Positions 13,850 to 27,965 of a stretch of DNA of 64,000 bases are shown here, piece after piece; the stretch's first letter is position 1; each line of letters begins with the position of its first letter. This DNA is from Paraspadella gotoi (Eukaryota; Animalia; Chaetognatha): positions 4,181,398-4,245,397 of the forward strand of contig CM119271.1 in NCBI GenBank assembly GCA_051294375.1, given 5' to 3'. A program made the position numbers and the translations under genes. Under the pieces are notes generated by a model, which was given only the letters and a program-made list of their open reading frames with translations, searched no databases and had not been told where the DNA came from.

Positions 13850-14020
13850 TTTAAAAGCGTCCCATTTCGGTTTAAAATTAATAAAAAAAAAATTATTTTT
13901 AAGAATTTGATTATGGGTTAGGGATTAGGGTTAGGCCTTTGGGACTGGGTAACAGATTTGGAAAAATTATTTAGGTAAAAATTAAGTTGAGGGATCGAAG
14001 ATTAGAAATCAGGCGGTTTC
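13850..14020 (+). mobile_element. Third, partial TTAGGG-core MITE-like copy
   Basis: ttaaaagcgtcccatttcggtttaaaatt start followed by gggttagggattagggttagg. Confidence 0.4.
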
Positions 14021-14079
14021 ATAAAACAGTACCGAAGAATAGAGTAAAAGAAATATAAAAATAAAAGATAAAAAGGAAC

Positions 14080-14426
14080 AACAAGAAAGGTGATTCCAAT
14101 GTGTTGCGCCGCAGTGACTTTATTTTCATGTGTATGACATGACATGACATGACATGATTAAAAAACTTTTTTACCCCTTGTATCTATGACATGCTCTGCA
14201 TCGAAATTTCGTCTTTTATTCCTTTTAGTTTTAGGATTTCCTGAAGGCGGCGCTAGAAGTCACTTAGATTTGAGGTTTTTTCTTTCTTAACAAAAGAGCA
14301 ACCAATTAGATAGGCAACTTATAAGCATTTTTAACAATGGGACAGACCGAAGGACAGGCTACCGACAGACCGACCGAAAAGTGACTTATAGAGATGCTCC
14401 GCGAGTACTCGAGGCGCAACTAAAAA
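14080..14426 (-). mobile_element. HINE/DINE-1-like element, copy 3
   Basis: Full reverse-complement structure, including gatgctccgcgagtactcgaggcgcaactaaaaa, (GACC)n, (ACATG)n and tgttgcgccgcagtgac. Confidence 0.85.
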
Positions 14427-16176
14427 GGAATAAAGTCCCCAAATTTCGAGAGGAGAAAAGAAACGGAGTTTGGGACCGAAAAAAAAACACCGTTTTCCTC
14501 CGGGGAGTTCTTTTTTTTTTTTTTGGAGAGAGGAAGAGGGAGATTTAAGTGGGGGGGCGTGGGGGAGAGTAGAGAAAGACGGGGGGAGGGAAGATGGAAG
14601 GAAAGAGGAAACGAAATATTGAGGCTAATAAGGGGTAAAAGGCAAGTGCGGGGGTTTAAATGGGGGTTCGAGTGAGTCCCCATGGGGGGGGAAACTTTTT
14701 TTAGGATTATAGCTTAATATAATATATATTATATATATATTATATAATTTATACCGGCGCGGATCGTGTTATTCCTTTCGTCGTAAACGTCGGAGGTTTA
14801 TCGTTTATGAAATGAAATGGAGTTTAGTTTACAAATTTTAATTTAACTCGGTAACATATGAATTTTTTGGGAAAACAAAGCCAATTTATCGGGGGGAAAT
14901 AATTGTTAAGTTTTTAGGTAAAACTTCGTAAAATTTTTGCTTAAAAATAAACAACTGTGCCAAAGGTTTTATATTTCGAATATTTTTCTGTCCTATTTTT
15001 TTTTTTTTTATGTGTGGTCCATGTATTTCGTTTCGTTTGGGAAATCTCTCTCTCTCTCCAATATCGTCATCATATTTGCGTTTCTAATCGAAAACGTTTT
15101 TTGGTCGTGACGTGAGGAAGAGGAAAAGAGAAGGGAGGAAGGGAGGAAGGGACAAGAGGAGAAGGGAGGAAAGGAAAAAGTGAGAAGGGACAATAGGAGA
15201 AGGGAGGAAGGGAGAAGAGGAGAAGGGAGGAAGGGAGAAGAGGAGAAGGGAAGAAGAGGAAAGAGGAGTAGGAAGAAAGGGACAAGAGGAGGAGGGAGGA
15301 AAGAACAAGAGGAGAATGGAGAAAGGAAAAAGAGGAGGGAGGAAGGGAGAGGAGGAGAAGGCGAGAAGAGGAAAGAGGAGAAGGAAGGAAGGGATAAGAG
15401 GAGGAGGGAGAAGTAGAAAAGAGGAGAATGGAGGAAGAGACAAGAGTAGAAAGGAGGAAAGAACAAGAGGAGAATGGAGGAAGAGGAAAAGAGAATGGAG
15501 GAAGGGAGAAGAGGAAAAGGGAGGAAGGGAGGAAGGGAGAAGAGGGGGAGGGAGGAAGGGAGAAGAGGAAAAAGAATAAAAAGAAAAGGAGGAAAGGAAG
15601 AAGAAAAGAATAGAGAAGGATAAAGGGTAAAAAGGAAAAAACGAGGTTAGATGAAAGAGAGAGACTGATTGTGGGAAAATTTGATGAGCTGAAAAAGAGT
15701 AAGAAATACGAATCGAAAAAATATAGATAATAAAAAGGGAAAAAGGGTAGGAAAAAAATTTAAAAAATAAATTCATAATTTTTTTTTAATGGGCGCTTTA
15801 ATTTTTTTATTTCTTTAATTGATACGATTCTTTTTTGTTAAATTTAATATAAATGTCAGATGTTTCAATTTTTTTTTAAATTATATTTTTAAAACGCCTC
15901 GATAATAGTTTTTTTGACGTTTTGATATTCCGTTCTCTATTGTTGAATGACAATAGTAAAGAATAGAATGATTTTTTTTAAAGATTTTTTTGAAAGATAT
16001 GCCAAAATAACAAGTCTGAAATTCATGGAAGTACTAAAATCTGGGTTATTGATTTTTTATAAAGATTTTTTTCTGTTTCCATTAATATTAAAAGAGAAAA
16101 CAAAATTTTGAAAATGTCTCCGAGACATTTTGACCCAAAAAAGCTTTTAGCCGGAAGAAAGTTTTCACGCAAGGAG

Positions 16177-16219
<43 letters not shown>

Positions 16220-16248
16220 GAAAAGCGGGAAAAGCGGGAAAAGGTTAA

Positions 16249-16297
<49 letters not shown>

Positions 16298-19200
16298 GAT
16301 ACCATTTGTAAGCGTTCTCTTCCGTCCTTTCCTTTCTCCCATTTTCATTCAAATTTTTTCCCCTTAATTTTAAAATTCGAACGTTTTCTTTCTTTTTCGC
16401 TTCGAATTAAACATTTTTTTTGGGTTAAACTTAATATCTAATATAATCTCTTCACGTTAATACTCCCTGCCACAACATAAACTTAAAATCTCAACATAGC
16501 GAATTAAAATACAAAATGTAATTTATTTAAGTAAATTTATACCGTTACATTTTAAACGAAGGTCTTAAAAGATATTAGGTGTCCATTAAGAACACCAAAA
16601 CAACCTGGACGACAATCAAAACAACAAAAATAACAACGAAACGACAAAACAACTACGCCCGCCGCCCGCGAGACGCCGCCAACGAATCAAATAGTCGTGG
16701 CGTCGCTCGAACTTACCCGCCTTACCCTCCCCTTACTCTAAACCCACTTTCTTTCCACCGACCCCCCGCTTTTTTCCCCCTTTGTTCATTTTCTTAGCCT
16801 CACCCGGGAGAGTGAGTCTTTACTCTCGACGGGTCAGACTCACGATTTTTTTTTCTTGAGGGGGGACAGGTGGGTGGGTGGGGAAGAAAAGTGGAAAAAG
16901 TTGTCCCAAAGGACAGAATGACCCAGGAGGGTGAAAAGAAAAGAAAAGAGAGGGCGCGAGAGAGCTGCGCTTATTGAAAAAAAAAAACATTCGCGACGCC
17001 GTTTCGTCGCGCGTCTAAAAATAGTTTAGACGTCGGCTCCACGCCCACTCTTTAAGGGGAGGGGGGAGAGAGAAGGGGGCGTCGAGGGTTGACAACGGAT
17101 TTTAATCTTGTATAACAATGAAATACAATCAATAATAAAATTATCCATTCATTTTATAAATAAGCCATCTTGCCCCTGACTTTGGACAGTCTTTGGTGGT
17201 TTAAGGCCTCCATCACTCTTACAAGATAATGACATAGCAGGTCCCTGCAAGATTTTAATCAAGACTCTTTCACAGTCTCGTTTATGCACTCCCAGAGTAC
17301 CTGGCTTCCCTATCAATGAAGTTGTATAATATTTCAAAGAATGTTTCAATTGTTTAAAAAGACCACTCCCTTAAGTAATATATGGGAGAATACTATATTG
17401 TACTCCGCACAATATCATTTTTATAAGTATTCAATACTTCTTTGCAGTATTAGACCATTCGTAAAGTGGTAGAATAAATTTAGAGGTTTCAGCTCGGGGA
17501 AGTTGCTTTAAAAGACCGGATCACTTTGCTGTTAAGCGGCCGCCAGTCTTGAACACGAAACCTTTGAAGTGACGTGGCTTACGTCTTGCTTCCGTCAACA
17601 AAGAGAATTTTAGGTCACAACATACGTAAGTGAAATGAAATCTTATCCCTCGGATGCATAAAAAAAGTCAGTCGGACTTCAATCGAGGGCCAATGGGCCA
17701 AGTTAATCGGGCTTCAAAGGAGGGCGTGCCACTCCGGCTTTAATTCGGGGGCGTGCCACTCTGACTGAGATGGGGAGCGTGCCCCTCGAAATTGATAAGA
17801 AAAAATCCCCACAGAAAAGGAAAAAATAAGAGGCGGGAAGAAAATAATAAAAAGCATCAAGGATCAAGCCATGATGATAGTCATTCAATTGATGCGATGA
17901 TAGTCATTCATTGACGCGATGAATCATTCATCGTAAATAAACAAACAAATGCGTGTATGAGTGAAAGAGAGAGAGCAGAGAGAGAGAGAGAGAGAGAGCC
18001 GAGAGAGAAGAGAGAGAAGTCAAGGCTGGACAGTTTTCCCGCCAAGAACGCATTAATTAGGTTCCTCTCGTTATATAAAGAATAATCAGAATTTTAGGAA
18101 AAAATCCACGAAAACTCTCGGATGTAAATTTGGGATTTGTATCGAGAAAAAAGGCGCGGAAATAATGCGCGATAACTAAGTTTGAAGGAAAAAAGAGAGA
18201 GAGAGAGAGAGAGAGAAGAGAGAGAGAGAACTGGAAGCCGCTGGCCCGCCGCAGGACCGCCGGCTGCAGAGCTGAAACTCCCTTTCCGACGAATTGAGTA
18301 GGGAACGAACTCTCTTTCCTTTCTATAAAAAAATATTACAAAATAAATATTTGGGTAAGAGCATTAAGAAATTTTTTTGTACATTGAAAGTAAACTTAAA
18401 AAATGCATAAATTTTTTCGTTTTAAGGCATGTTCCCATACTAAATCTTTTGATTCACCCCATTGAGAGGGGCTACCTCTATTCCAGAAAAAAAAAAACTA
18501 AACTCTTTCAATAATAATGATCCAAAAATTATAATCCCTATTAACAAAAATATATAGTTGAAAATACTCAGTTCACGACTAATGAATTTTTGACTTCCAA
18601 ATATTTTTTTTACTTATCAAAAAAATTTTATTCCTTCATTTTAAAAAATTTTAATTCTGAATGAAATTTTTGATTGTTCTTTTTTTAGGAAGAAACAGAC
18701 CGAGATCAAATTTATATTTGCATAATTTAATTAATTTATAAATAGTTAATCACAACTCAAATAATTATTATTTAAAAAAAGATAAAAAATGATTAAATAT
18801 ATACACTAAATATTTATAAAATTAATAATAGTATAAAATTAATCAGAATCAAAAGTAATTTATTTTGACTATATCCTCTTATTGTCAACTCCTATTTTAG
18901 ATATAATTTGCCAATAGTGGGCCACCGGTTCAAGTTACAATAATCAATAAATACAAAAATTTATTTTATTTAATGTAATGCATATGTCAATACTGTTTTG
19001 GTATTAATAAAAAAAAAAAAAAAATATTGTTCGGTGAAAGTGCTGCAATATAATAAGCCACATCTAGCTGATGTACATGTGACAATTGGCACTGTCATAT
19101 AAGTTATTCTTTTACTTTTTTTTAAATAATGTATCCACGAAAATCTCGGTGTAATATTTGGGATTTTGTATTGGAAAAAACCCCGAATAAAAGGTTTTAG

Positions 19201-19597
19201 AAAGAAAAACATAATCATAAATTTTCAAAAAAAATAATCAATCAGCGCAAGAGTCGTTAGAGAGAAGAGAGAGAAGAGAGATGAGAAGAGAGAGAGAGAG
19301 AGATGCAGACGAGAGAGAGAGAGAGAGACAACGGAAAGAGAGACAAAAGCTTTGGACAGCTGCTTGAAGCCGCTGTACGTCAGTGGCAGAAACTCGACTT
19401 CGTTTTTTCCTGAAAATAAAGAATAAAGAATAAAAGAAATAAAAGAAGGCAAAAAATGTTAGCAATGTTACAATTTTGAATTTTTCCAATTTTTTCATCG
19501 CAGCTTTGTAAAAGATTTTATTTTTTATTTGTATTAAAATTAAGATATAGCTTCTCATTAAAAGTTATTTTGAAGTTCCTCTATTTTTTTTATTAGA

Positions 19598-19644
<47 letters not shown>

Positions 19645-20235
19645 AAAAAAAAAAAAAAAAAATTTTTTTTTTGGAGTTTCATCTTCAATATTATATACTG
19701 CAAATGTAAATAGATTTAAAGCACATTTCCCCCCCTATATACTAATTTGGATATGATAATGGGTACATAATCCATTTGCATTATTGGCAGTAAATGCCTA
19801 AATGAAATGGAACATGCAAACAAAAAATAACTTAAATCCAAATGTAATGAAGAAAATATCAAAGCTAATTTTCAAGATGAGAAGCCATATCCTAACTTTT
19901 TAACCTTACCTATGAATGCAGCACTTTTGCGGTAAAAACTTTATCATAATTCATAATAATTTTATTTAAAAAAAAACGGCTAAGTCACAGCCAAACCTAT
20001 AAAAGCGTAGTAAGGTTTTTATATATATAAACAGCGTGACGGACGACAGACGACGACGAACCGACTCTAACGACTACGTAAGCAAAGAAAGCTAACCCGA
20101 ATGAATAATCAAGCTGAACCGGCTTCGCCGGTATGGGCTTGATAAAATCCACAGAAAACGGAAAAATAAGAGGCGGGAAGAAAATAAACCAATATAAAGA
20201 AAAAAGACCGNNNNNNNNNNNNNNNNNNNNNNNNN

Positions 20236-23200
20236 GTGAAGATGATTTTGATCGATGGTCTTTTTTCATTATTGTTTATTTCTTTCCCGCCTCTTATTTT
20301 TCCTTTTCTGTTGGGGATTTTTACTTAGTTCAATGTTCGAGGGCACGGTGCTCCCCAGTCATCTCCGAGTCAGAGTTGGCCGCTCTAGTAGAAGAAGGAG
20401 AGGTTGGGCCGGCAATGGTGTATAAAAGACAGCGGAGTGGGCCATCGACCTCAACAGTCACGGCAATTTGAAGCTCCTTGGCTCGACTCTAATCTATTTG
20501 TTTGTTCCTCTCCTTGTGTTCCTCCTCTCGATTTTGAGTTCCGGACTGACTCTTATTTCTATTCATGGGCGAGAGGATAACGTAATAATATTCATTTCAC
20601 TGTCACAGTAAGTAGCTCTGTTGAACAATGGTTTTCCTATACTCCCTTTGTTGGGCGCAAGGTAGCTAAGAAAAGTGCTAAAGCATCGTACACATTCAAA
20701 GGATTTGCGGTGTTCAAAGACTGCGCGCGCCGCTTAAACAGCGTCAAAAATGTGGAATTCATTTGCGGTTTTCATTTCTCAGGAGTACGAATTTTCTGTC
20801 CTTAGCTGGATAATGGTTCATATATCTATCTACCAGCTCTTAACAGTGTTTGAATGGTGATATACTGCTACGTCTCTCGCAATTACTTATTAAAAAGATG
20901 ATATTGTGACGAGAATGCAGGATAAAAAGTCCAATATAGTATTCTCCCCAATATACTTAAGGGAGGGTTGCGTCATCGATTTGTTTAATTTTCAAATATA
21001 TTAGAAAAATAAAATCAATTCGTTGTGAAATATAGATAACACAAACTGAGCTCAGTTAAGAAGGCTAGTGGGATAACGACTTACGAAAGCCGGTATCTTT
21101 CTTGAGGGTAAGCTCTCGATTACTATAAGCGCATAACGAGACTAGTTGAAAGAGTGCTATGAGATTATAAAAAATCTTCAAGAGATCCTGACTCTCCTTA
21201 AAAAAACAATCAGAATAAGAATAATAATGTTATATCTATCGAGGATAACTGAAGAAGTCTCCGGGGTCAGATCGCGCCTTAAACCACCAAAGACTGTCCT
21301 AATCAGTTTCGTGCACCTCACAGTTACAATAACAAGACTTAAGGCTTAGTCTGATATTTAAACATTATATGAATGTGTGTAGGCAAGTCAAAAATATATT
21401 TATTAATCCGAACATTAGTAAAACTCTATCGAATTTAATTTTGTTTCTAATAAAAAATTTAATATCAATATTAATATAGAACTCAATAAAAAATACTACA
21501 CAACAGTGCGTTTGAAATAACGGTCATATCCGCGTCGTCCGTAGCTGGGCGCACTCTCACCTCTCACTCTCCCCCTTGCTCACCCTTTCGTGAAAAGAAA
21601 AGATTAATAATATATACAACACCAATTATGTAATGATTCTTGTTTTCTAAAAGAGTCGATTAAAGAATTCGCTAGTTGGGATTATATTACAATTTAGTTA
21701 TATGTATGCTATCCTTACAGCTAGAACTTTTACCCTTGGGACATTTTGTAGTCGGAAATTAAGCGCTCTAATGTACTTGAAATCAGGAAAGCCAAAGAGA
21801 GTTAAGTAATGCATAGTAATGCAAAATAACGAATTTTTCGGAGCTCAATAAATTTAAATAATATTGATCGTAGGACGATTGTATCTCTCGACGGGGGTCT
21901 TGCGAATGTTTTGTATTTTTTTATTCAATACAGCAGCAGCTCTCTCGCCGTGCTACTATTTCTTCTCCTCTCTTCTTTTCACCCTCACTGGAGGCAAATT
22001 CTTGTCCTAATGTTGACATTACTTTTATCCACTTTCTTCACCCACTCCACCCTGACCTGTTCCACCTCCCACCTTCAAAGAAAAAAATTTAAATCTGTAG
22101 GAGTCTGGACCTTACGGCGTCGAGAGTAAATGACTCAACTCTCCCACGCGTTCGGTCTGAGGCTAAAGCAAATCAGAACAAAGGGGGCGTCAGAGAAAAA
22201 AGAGCTGGTGTCTGAGTAAATGGAATAAATACATGGTGGGTCTCGCGTTGGGTGGCAAAGAAATAAGTGTGATCATTTTAAATAAGAATAATGGGTAGAA
22301 GTAAAGAGGTTGTGAAGTGTAAGGCCGTGAGAGTTAAAGTATACGATATGGCAACGATACGCTCCACGAACATATGAGGTTGGCTGTTGGCGGCGTGTTC
22401 TCTCGCGGGGCAGGCTCTTGGTCCTTATGATAGATATGTTTTTGTCCGTTCGTTGTTTATTTTTTGTTGTTATTGATTGTGCGTCCAGTGATTAGTTTTG
22501 GTGTTCTTTACGATGGACACACATATATCTTTAAGACCTTGTTTTAAATGTACAGGGTATTAGAAATCTACTACATAAATCAATATAACAACCATTTTGT
22601 ATTGTTCTGATTAATTGCTATGCTGCTTATGGCATCTTGATGATTTTTTAAATGCATGAAGATTAATGTTCATGCCATTCAGCGGCGGAGTATTAACGTT
22701 GAAGGATTATAGTTAGATATTAAGTTTAACCCAAAAAAAATGTTTAATATTCGAAAAGCTGAAAAAAGTAAAACTAATAGAGAAAACGCTACTGAGGAAG
22801 TTTTAAAATTAAGGGTGAAAAAAATTGGATATGAAATGGGTGAGAAGATGGAAGGACGGAGAGACGGTACGCTTTACCAAATGGTATCGATTCTTCTCTC
22901 CTCTCATTCTCTCTCTCGTCTCTTTCTCTCTTCTCTCTCTCTCTCTGCTCTCTGCGAGGTCTCTCCTCGATCTCCTCCTCATCTCTTCTTACTGCTCTCT
23001 CCCTATTACCTTGCCTTTTCCCGCTTTTCTCTCTTTCTTTCTTTCTTTCCTTTTCTTCTTTTTTCTTTACTTTCTTTCTTCTCTCTTGCAGTTGCAACTT
23101 TCTTGCGCTAAAGCTTTCTTTGGGTCAACATTGTCTCGGGAGACATTTTCAAAATTTTGTTTCTCTCTTTCATATATTAATGTGAAAACATGAAACAAAA

Positions 23201-26200
23201 TCTTTATAAAAATCCAGTAACCAGATTTAGTACTTCCATGGAATGTCTTCAGAACTTGTTTTTTATTTGGTGCTACTATTCTTTTCAAAAAAGAATCTTA
23301 AAAAAGAAATCTATTCTAATTCTTTAACTACTTGTCATTAACAATGATGAGAACTCGGAATATTCAGGAGAACGTCAGAAAGAAAAATATATCGAGGCGA
23401 GATTTTTGAAAGATTTCATAATTAAAAAAAAATCGAAAACATCTGTCATTTTTTATATTAAAAAATTTTATCATACATCTCAAAAAGGAATGTATCAATT
23501 AAACTGAAATAAACAATTATTACAAGTCGCCTCCTCCCCATATCTATAAAAAAAAATTTTCATCGTCAATTTTACTCTTTTTAAACTTTTCTTTCGTCTC
23601 TACTTCTTCCATCTCCTTTTTCCCTTCTCTATTATGTATTTTCTTCGTGTATTTCCCTCTCCCCCCGCTCATCTAATTTCTTCTCCCACGATCGTTCCTC
23701 TTCCTACATATATACTCATCTAACCTTCCGTTTTTTCAACATATATATATCAATTCTTCTATCCTCTTCCTATTCCTTTTTCTTGCTCTCCTTTGCCATC
23801 CTTATTCTCTCTTTTATGTCTTTTCCATCTTCCTCTTCCATCTATCACGAACTCCCCATGCGCCCCTTTCTCCTCTTTATCCATATAATGCATCTCCGCG
23901 CATTTTTTTCCGCACCCTTCTGGCTTCATCTCGTCTACTAATACATCCATTTGCATCTTTTCCTCTCTCCTCCAGATTCTCTCTAACTGCTGTACATGTT
24001 TCCTCCTTTCTACTCTGATTGTGAGTCTCCCTATCCGATACCACCATATCTCACTCTCTTAATCAGACCTGGTTTTCTACTCTCTCCCTCCCTCCTCTTA
24101 TCCTTTCTTACTCTTTGGTCCCTTTCTTATTCTCATCGAGAACTTCATTACGCCTCTATACTCTCCTCATCCCTTTAACTACATCTCCTCCTCTTTTTCC
24201 TTTTCCCATTCTCCCTTTCTCTCCTCATCTTTGCCTCCCATTCCTCTCTACCTCTGTCCTCCCCTCTTATCTCTCTCTCTCCTACTTCCTCTTCTTACCT
24301 TCTCCTCTTCTCCGCCTTCCTCTATCTCCCTTCCTCTCCCTTCTCCTTGTCCCTTTCTTCATCGCTTTCCTTTCCTCCTCTTCTCTCTTCGTCCCTCTCC
24401 TCTCCTTCTGCCCCTCTCTTTTCCTCTTCCTCACGTCACGACCAAAAAACGTTTTCGCATGTAGAACGCAAATATGATGACGATATTGGAGATGAGAGAG
24501 TAGATTTCCAAACGAAACGAAATACATGGACCACACTTATAAAAAAAAACAAAAATAGGACAGAAAAATATATTCGAAATATAAAACTTTGGCACAGTTT
24601 TTATTTTAAGCAAGAATTTTACCCGAAGTTTTACCTAAAAACTTAACAAATTATTTTCCCCCTAAATTAAATTGGCTTTTGTTTATCCCCAAAAAAATTC
24701 ATTATGCTTTACCTTCATGTTAAATAAATTTGTAAACTAACTCCAATTTCATTTCATAAACGATAAACCTCCGCGTTTACGACGAAAGGATAACACGATT
24801 CCGCAGCCGGTATTAAATTATATACATATATAGTAATAATATATATTTTATATTTAGCTATATCCTAAAAAAAGTTTCCCCCTCAGGTGACTCACTCGAA
24901 CCCCCCATTTAAACCCCCCGCACTTCCTTTTTAACACCACTTTATTGAGACCTCCAATATTTCGTTTCTCTATCCTTCCATCTTTCTCCCTTCCTTCACC
25001 CGTCTTTCTCTAACTCCATCCCCCACGAGACACACCCCACCTTAAATCTCCCTCTTCCTCGTCTCCAATAAAAAAAAAAAAAAGAATCTCTCCCTGGAAG
25101 GGAAAACTGGTTTTCGTCCAAATATCTCTCGTTTTCTTTTTCTCTCGAAAATTGTGGACTTATATTCCTTTTTAGTTGCGCCTCGAGTTACTCGCGGAGG
25201 CATCTCTATAAGTACTTTTCGGGTCGGTCTGTCGTAGCCTGTCTTCGGGTCTGTCCCATTGTTTAAAAATGCTTATAAGTTGCCTATCTAATTGGTTGCT
25301 CTTTTGTTAAGAAAAGAAAAAACCTCAAATCTAAGTGACTTCTTAGCGCCGCCTTTCAGGAAATCCCTAAAACTAAAAGGATAAAAGACGAAAATTTCGA
25401 TGCAGAGCATTGTCATAGATACAAGGGGTAAAAAAGGTTTTTTTAATCATGTTTCATTGTCATTGTTCATGTCTATACAATTGAAAATAAAGTCACTGCG
25501 CGCAAAGACATTTGAATCACCTTTCTTGTTGTTCCTTTTTATTCTTTTATTTTTATATTTCTCTTTACTCTATTCTTCGGTACTGGTGCAACGCCAAATT
25601 TGAAACCTGCATCTGATTTCTAATCTTCGATCTCCTCACTAAATTAATTTTTACCTAAATAAATATTTCCAAATCTGTTATCCCAGTCCTCAAAGGCCTA
25701 ACCCTAATCCCTTACCCATAATCAAATTCTTTAAAAAATATTTTTTGTTATTTTTTTTTTATTAATTTTTAAAACGAAATTGGTACGCTTTTAAAATATA
25801 TATCGGCCCGTGTCAGTTAACACTTACCAACTAATTAAACTTAACATCCATATTTCTTCTCCTTTCCTTCTCCTTTTCTTCTCCTTACTTGAACCCCATC
25901 CACTCTTACCTTTCTTTTCCGCCCCGCCGTTCGATGTCATTCCCAACCCCTTCCACCCCCCTTCCCGTCCGTCAGACTCCCTTCCTCCTATTACCCCGCG
26001 TCCCCCTCCCCCGGGCCCCCCCAGACGGTATTTCCACTCAAAACTAATTTCGTGAACGTCAAACGTGTTACCTCATTAGTCATCCGTGCCAAATATTGGA
26101 GGCAGGAGGGCGGCCGGTGGCGGCGTGTGGTTGTGCTAGGGTGGCGGTGGTGGCGGCTCTCGGTGGCGGCGTGGCGGAACTAGGAGTGGTTTCGGCTTGG

Positions 26201-27965
26201 CTCGGAGGATGAGGTGCTGAGAATGGTGACCTATTGTATTATGTATTCAACTATCTCAAGACCTTACGCATCATCTTCACTCTCCGCCCCTTCTTTTTCA
26301 TCAAAAAGTATATCTACGTGGCCCAGCGAGGTGAATTAGTTTAACCCGCGAACCTTTTTAGGGCTAGGAAAACTCGCATCATTTGGGCGTCTGGTTTGGT
26401 CGAATAAGTGGCTCGTGGTGTAATTAGGTTGTTTGTCTAGGTGGCTTCTTTTAGCCCCTTTTTATTGTTAAAAGTTTTTGACCTTGAGCTTGGAGCATCC
26501 TCGCCATTTTGAGAAGCTCGACCCGCCATGGCGTGGTGCAACACTCTGTGAAGGAGGAGATACATTGCATTCTGCGTGCTTGTCGATGATTACCCATGAG
26601 GGGGAAATTAAGGTCCTTTTACTTGTAGTGAAGAGAGAGAGAGAGATCCTGAAACTCAATTAAATGGAACCGATTCCCAGAAACAATAATATCAAAAATA
26701 ATAAAGAGGCTTTTTATAGCTCCAGAAGGGAAAAACAGATCAACGACCACCCAATATATATAAGAAAAATATAAAAAAATTAAGCATCTTATTTTAATTT
26801 TTCTTACTATATATTGCTCAGAGAAAAAAAAACAAAAACTTCAACTTCGGGTAAATTTGAAAAAGAAAAACTAATCAAATTTTATTAAGTTTGATATTTT
26901 AGATAAGTTTAGCTGAATTATTTCTTGTAATATTCATCTCGGTTGGATACCAACTGCGCAATGCGACATTCTGTTCCATGATGAAAATGATGAGAGCGTG
27001 AAGAGATGAGAGAAAGAATGAGAGAGTAGAGATATGAGAGGAGGACATGAGATGGGTACAATTAGGAGGAACCGAGAAGACGAAAAGGGTAGAGAGAGAG
27101 GACGAGAGAGTGAGAAGAGAGATATAGAGGAGAGAGTATAGATGAGAAACTAGTCCTAGATAATGGTTTGAAGAAGATGAAACTGCTAAATATATTAGAT
27201 TCAAATTATCATTATTCATGACAGATCATACTCACTCAAATGATAAGATTGACACTGAATTTGTTGCTATTTTTAACGCAAATATTGGGTTATTGCTTTT
27301 TGTATTTTTAAAGTGCTCCATATTTAAATTCATAAACAATCCCTTCTAAAACCTTATAAAGACTATAGTCGTAACGGAGAATTTTAGAGGACAATTACAT
27401 TTTACCGCAATGTGTTTTTTTATTGTTTGATCTCTTTGTTTCTTATTAATCTGAAACAATAAAAGGATGGTTAACAACAAACCAACCGCAATAATTTTAA
27501 AATAAAAGCTGGCAAAACAACAACTGGAACGGACAAGCGTCCAACAACGCCGCGCGGATGCTCTAGCGGGTTTACGGACGGGAAGCAATTAAATTTTTTT
27601 TTTACCATAATCCCACTCCTGTTTCCGCGAGACTAGAGTGGACGTGAGAGTGAGAGAGAGAAAAAACAGAGATGAGAGGAGTGAGATGAGAGACAGAGAT
27701 ACAGAACGATTAAGAAAGGGGGACTTAAATACTATAAAAACCCAATAATAGTTTAAAAGACGAAAATGATAAAAAAAAAAAACCTAGGTTGAGGAAGAAG
27801 ATGGAGAAAGGATTATGGGAGGAAAAAATCTTTTACTTACGTCTTAAATTCGCGTTTTTTGATTGGGAGAGGACGCGCGACTGAGAGTGCCGTTGGGCGA
27901 CGAGAGAGAGAGAGAGAGAAGAGAGAGAGAGATTAGAGAGAGAGAGGAGAGAGAGAGAGAGAGAT
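20236..27965 (-). repeat. Right arm of the inverted duplication, insertion-rich (probable raw long-read fill)
   Basis: Same content as 12152-17880 in reverse but about 2 kb longer, owing to scattered short insertions; starts at a 25-N gap and ends in a (GA)n tract. Confidence 0.9.
25169..25530 (+). mobile_element. HINE-like copy 4 (mirror image of copy 3 inside the duplicated arm)
   Basis: Carries the copy-3-specific variant gttgcgcctcgagt and the same flanks. Confidence 0.8.
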
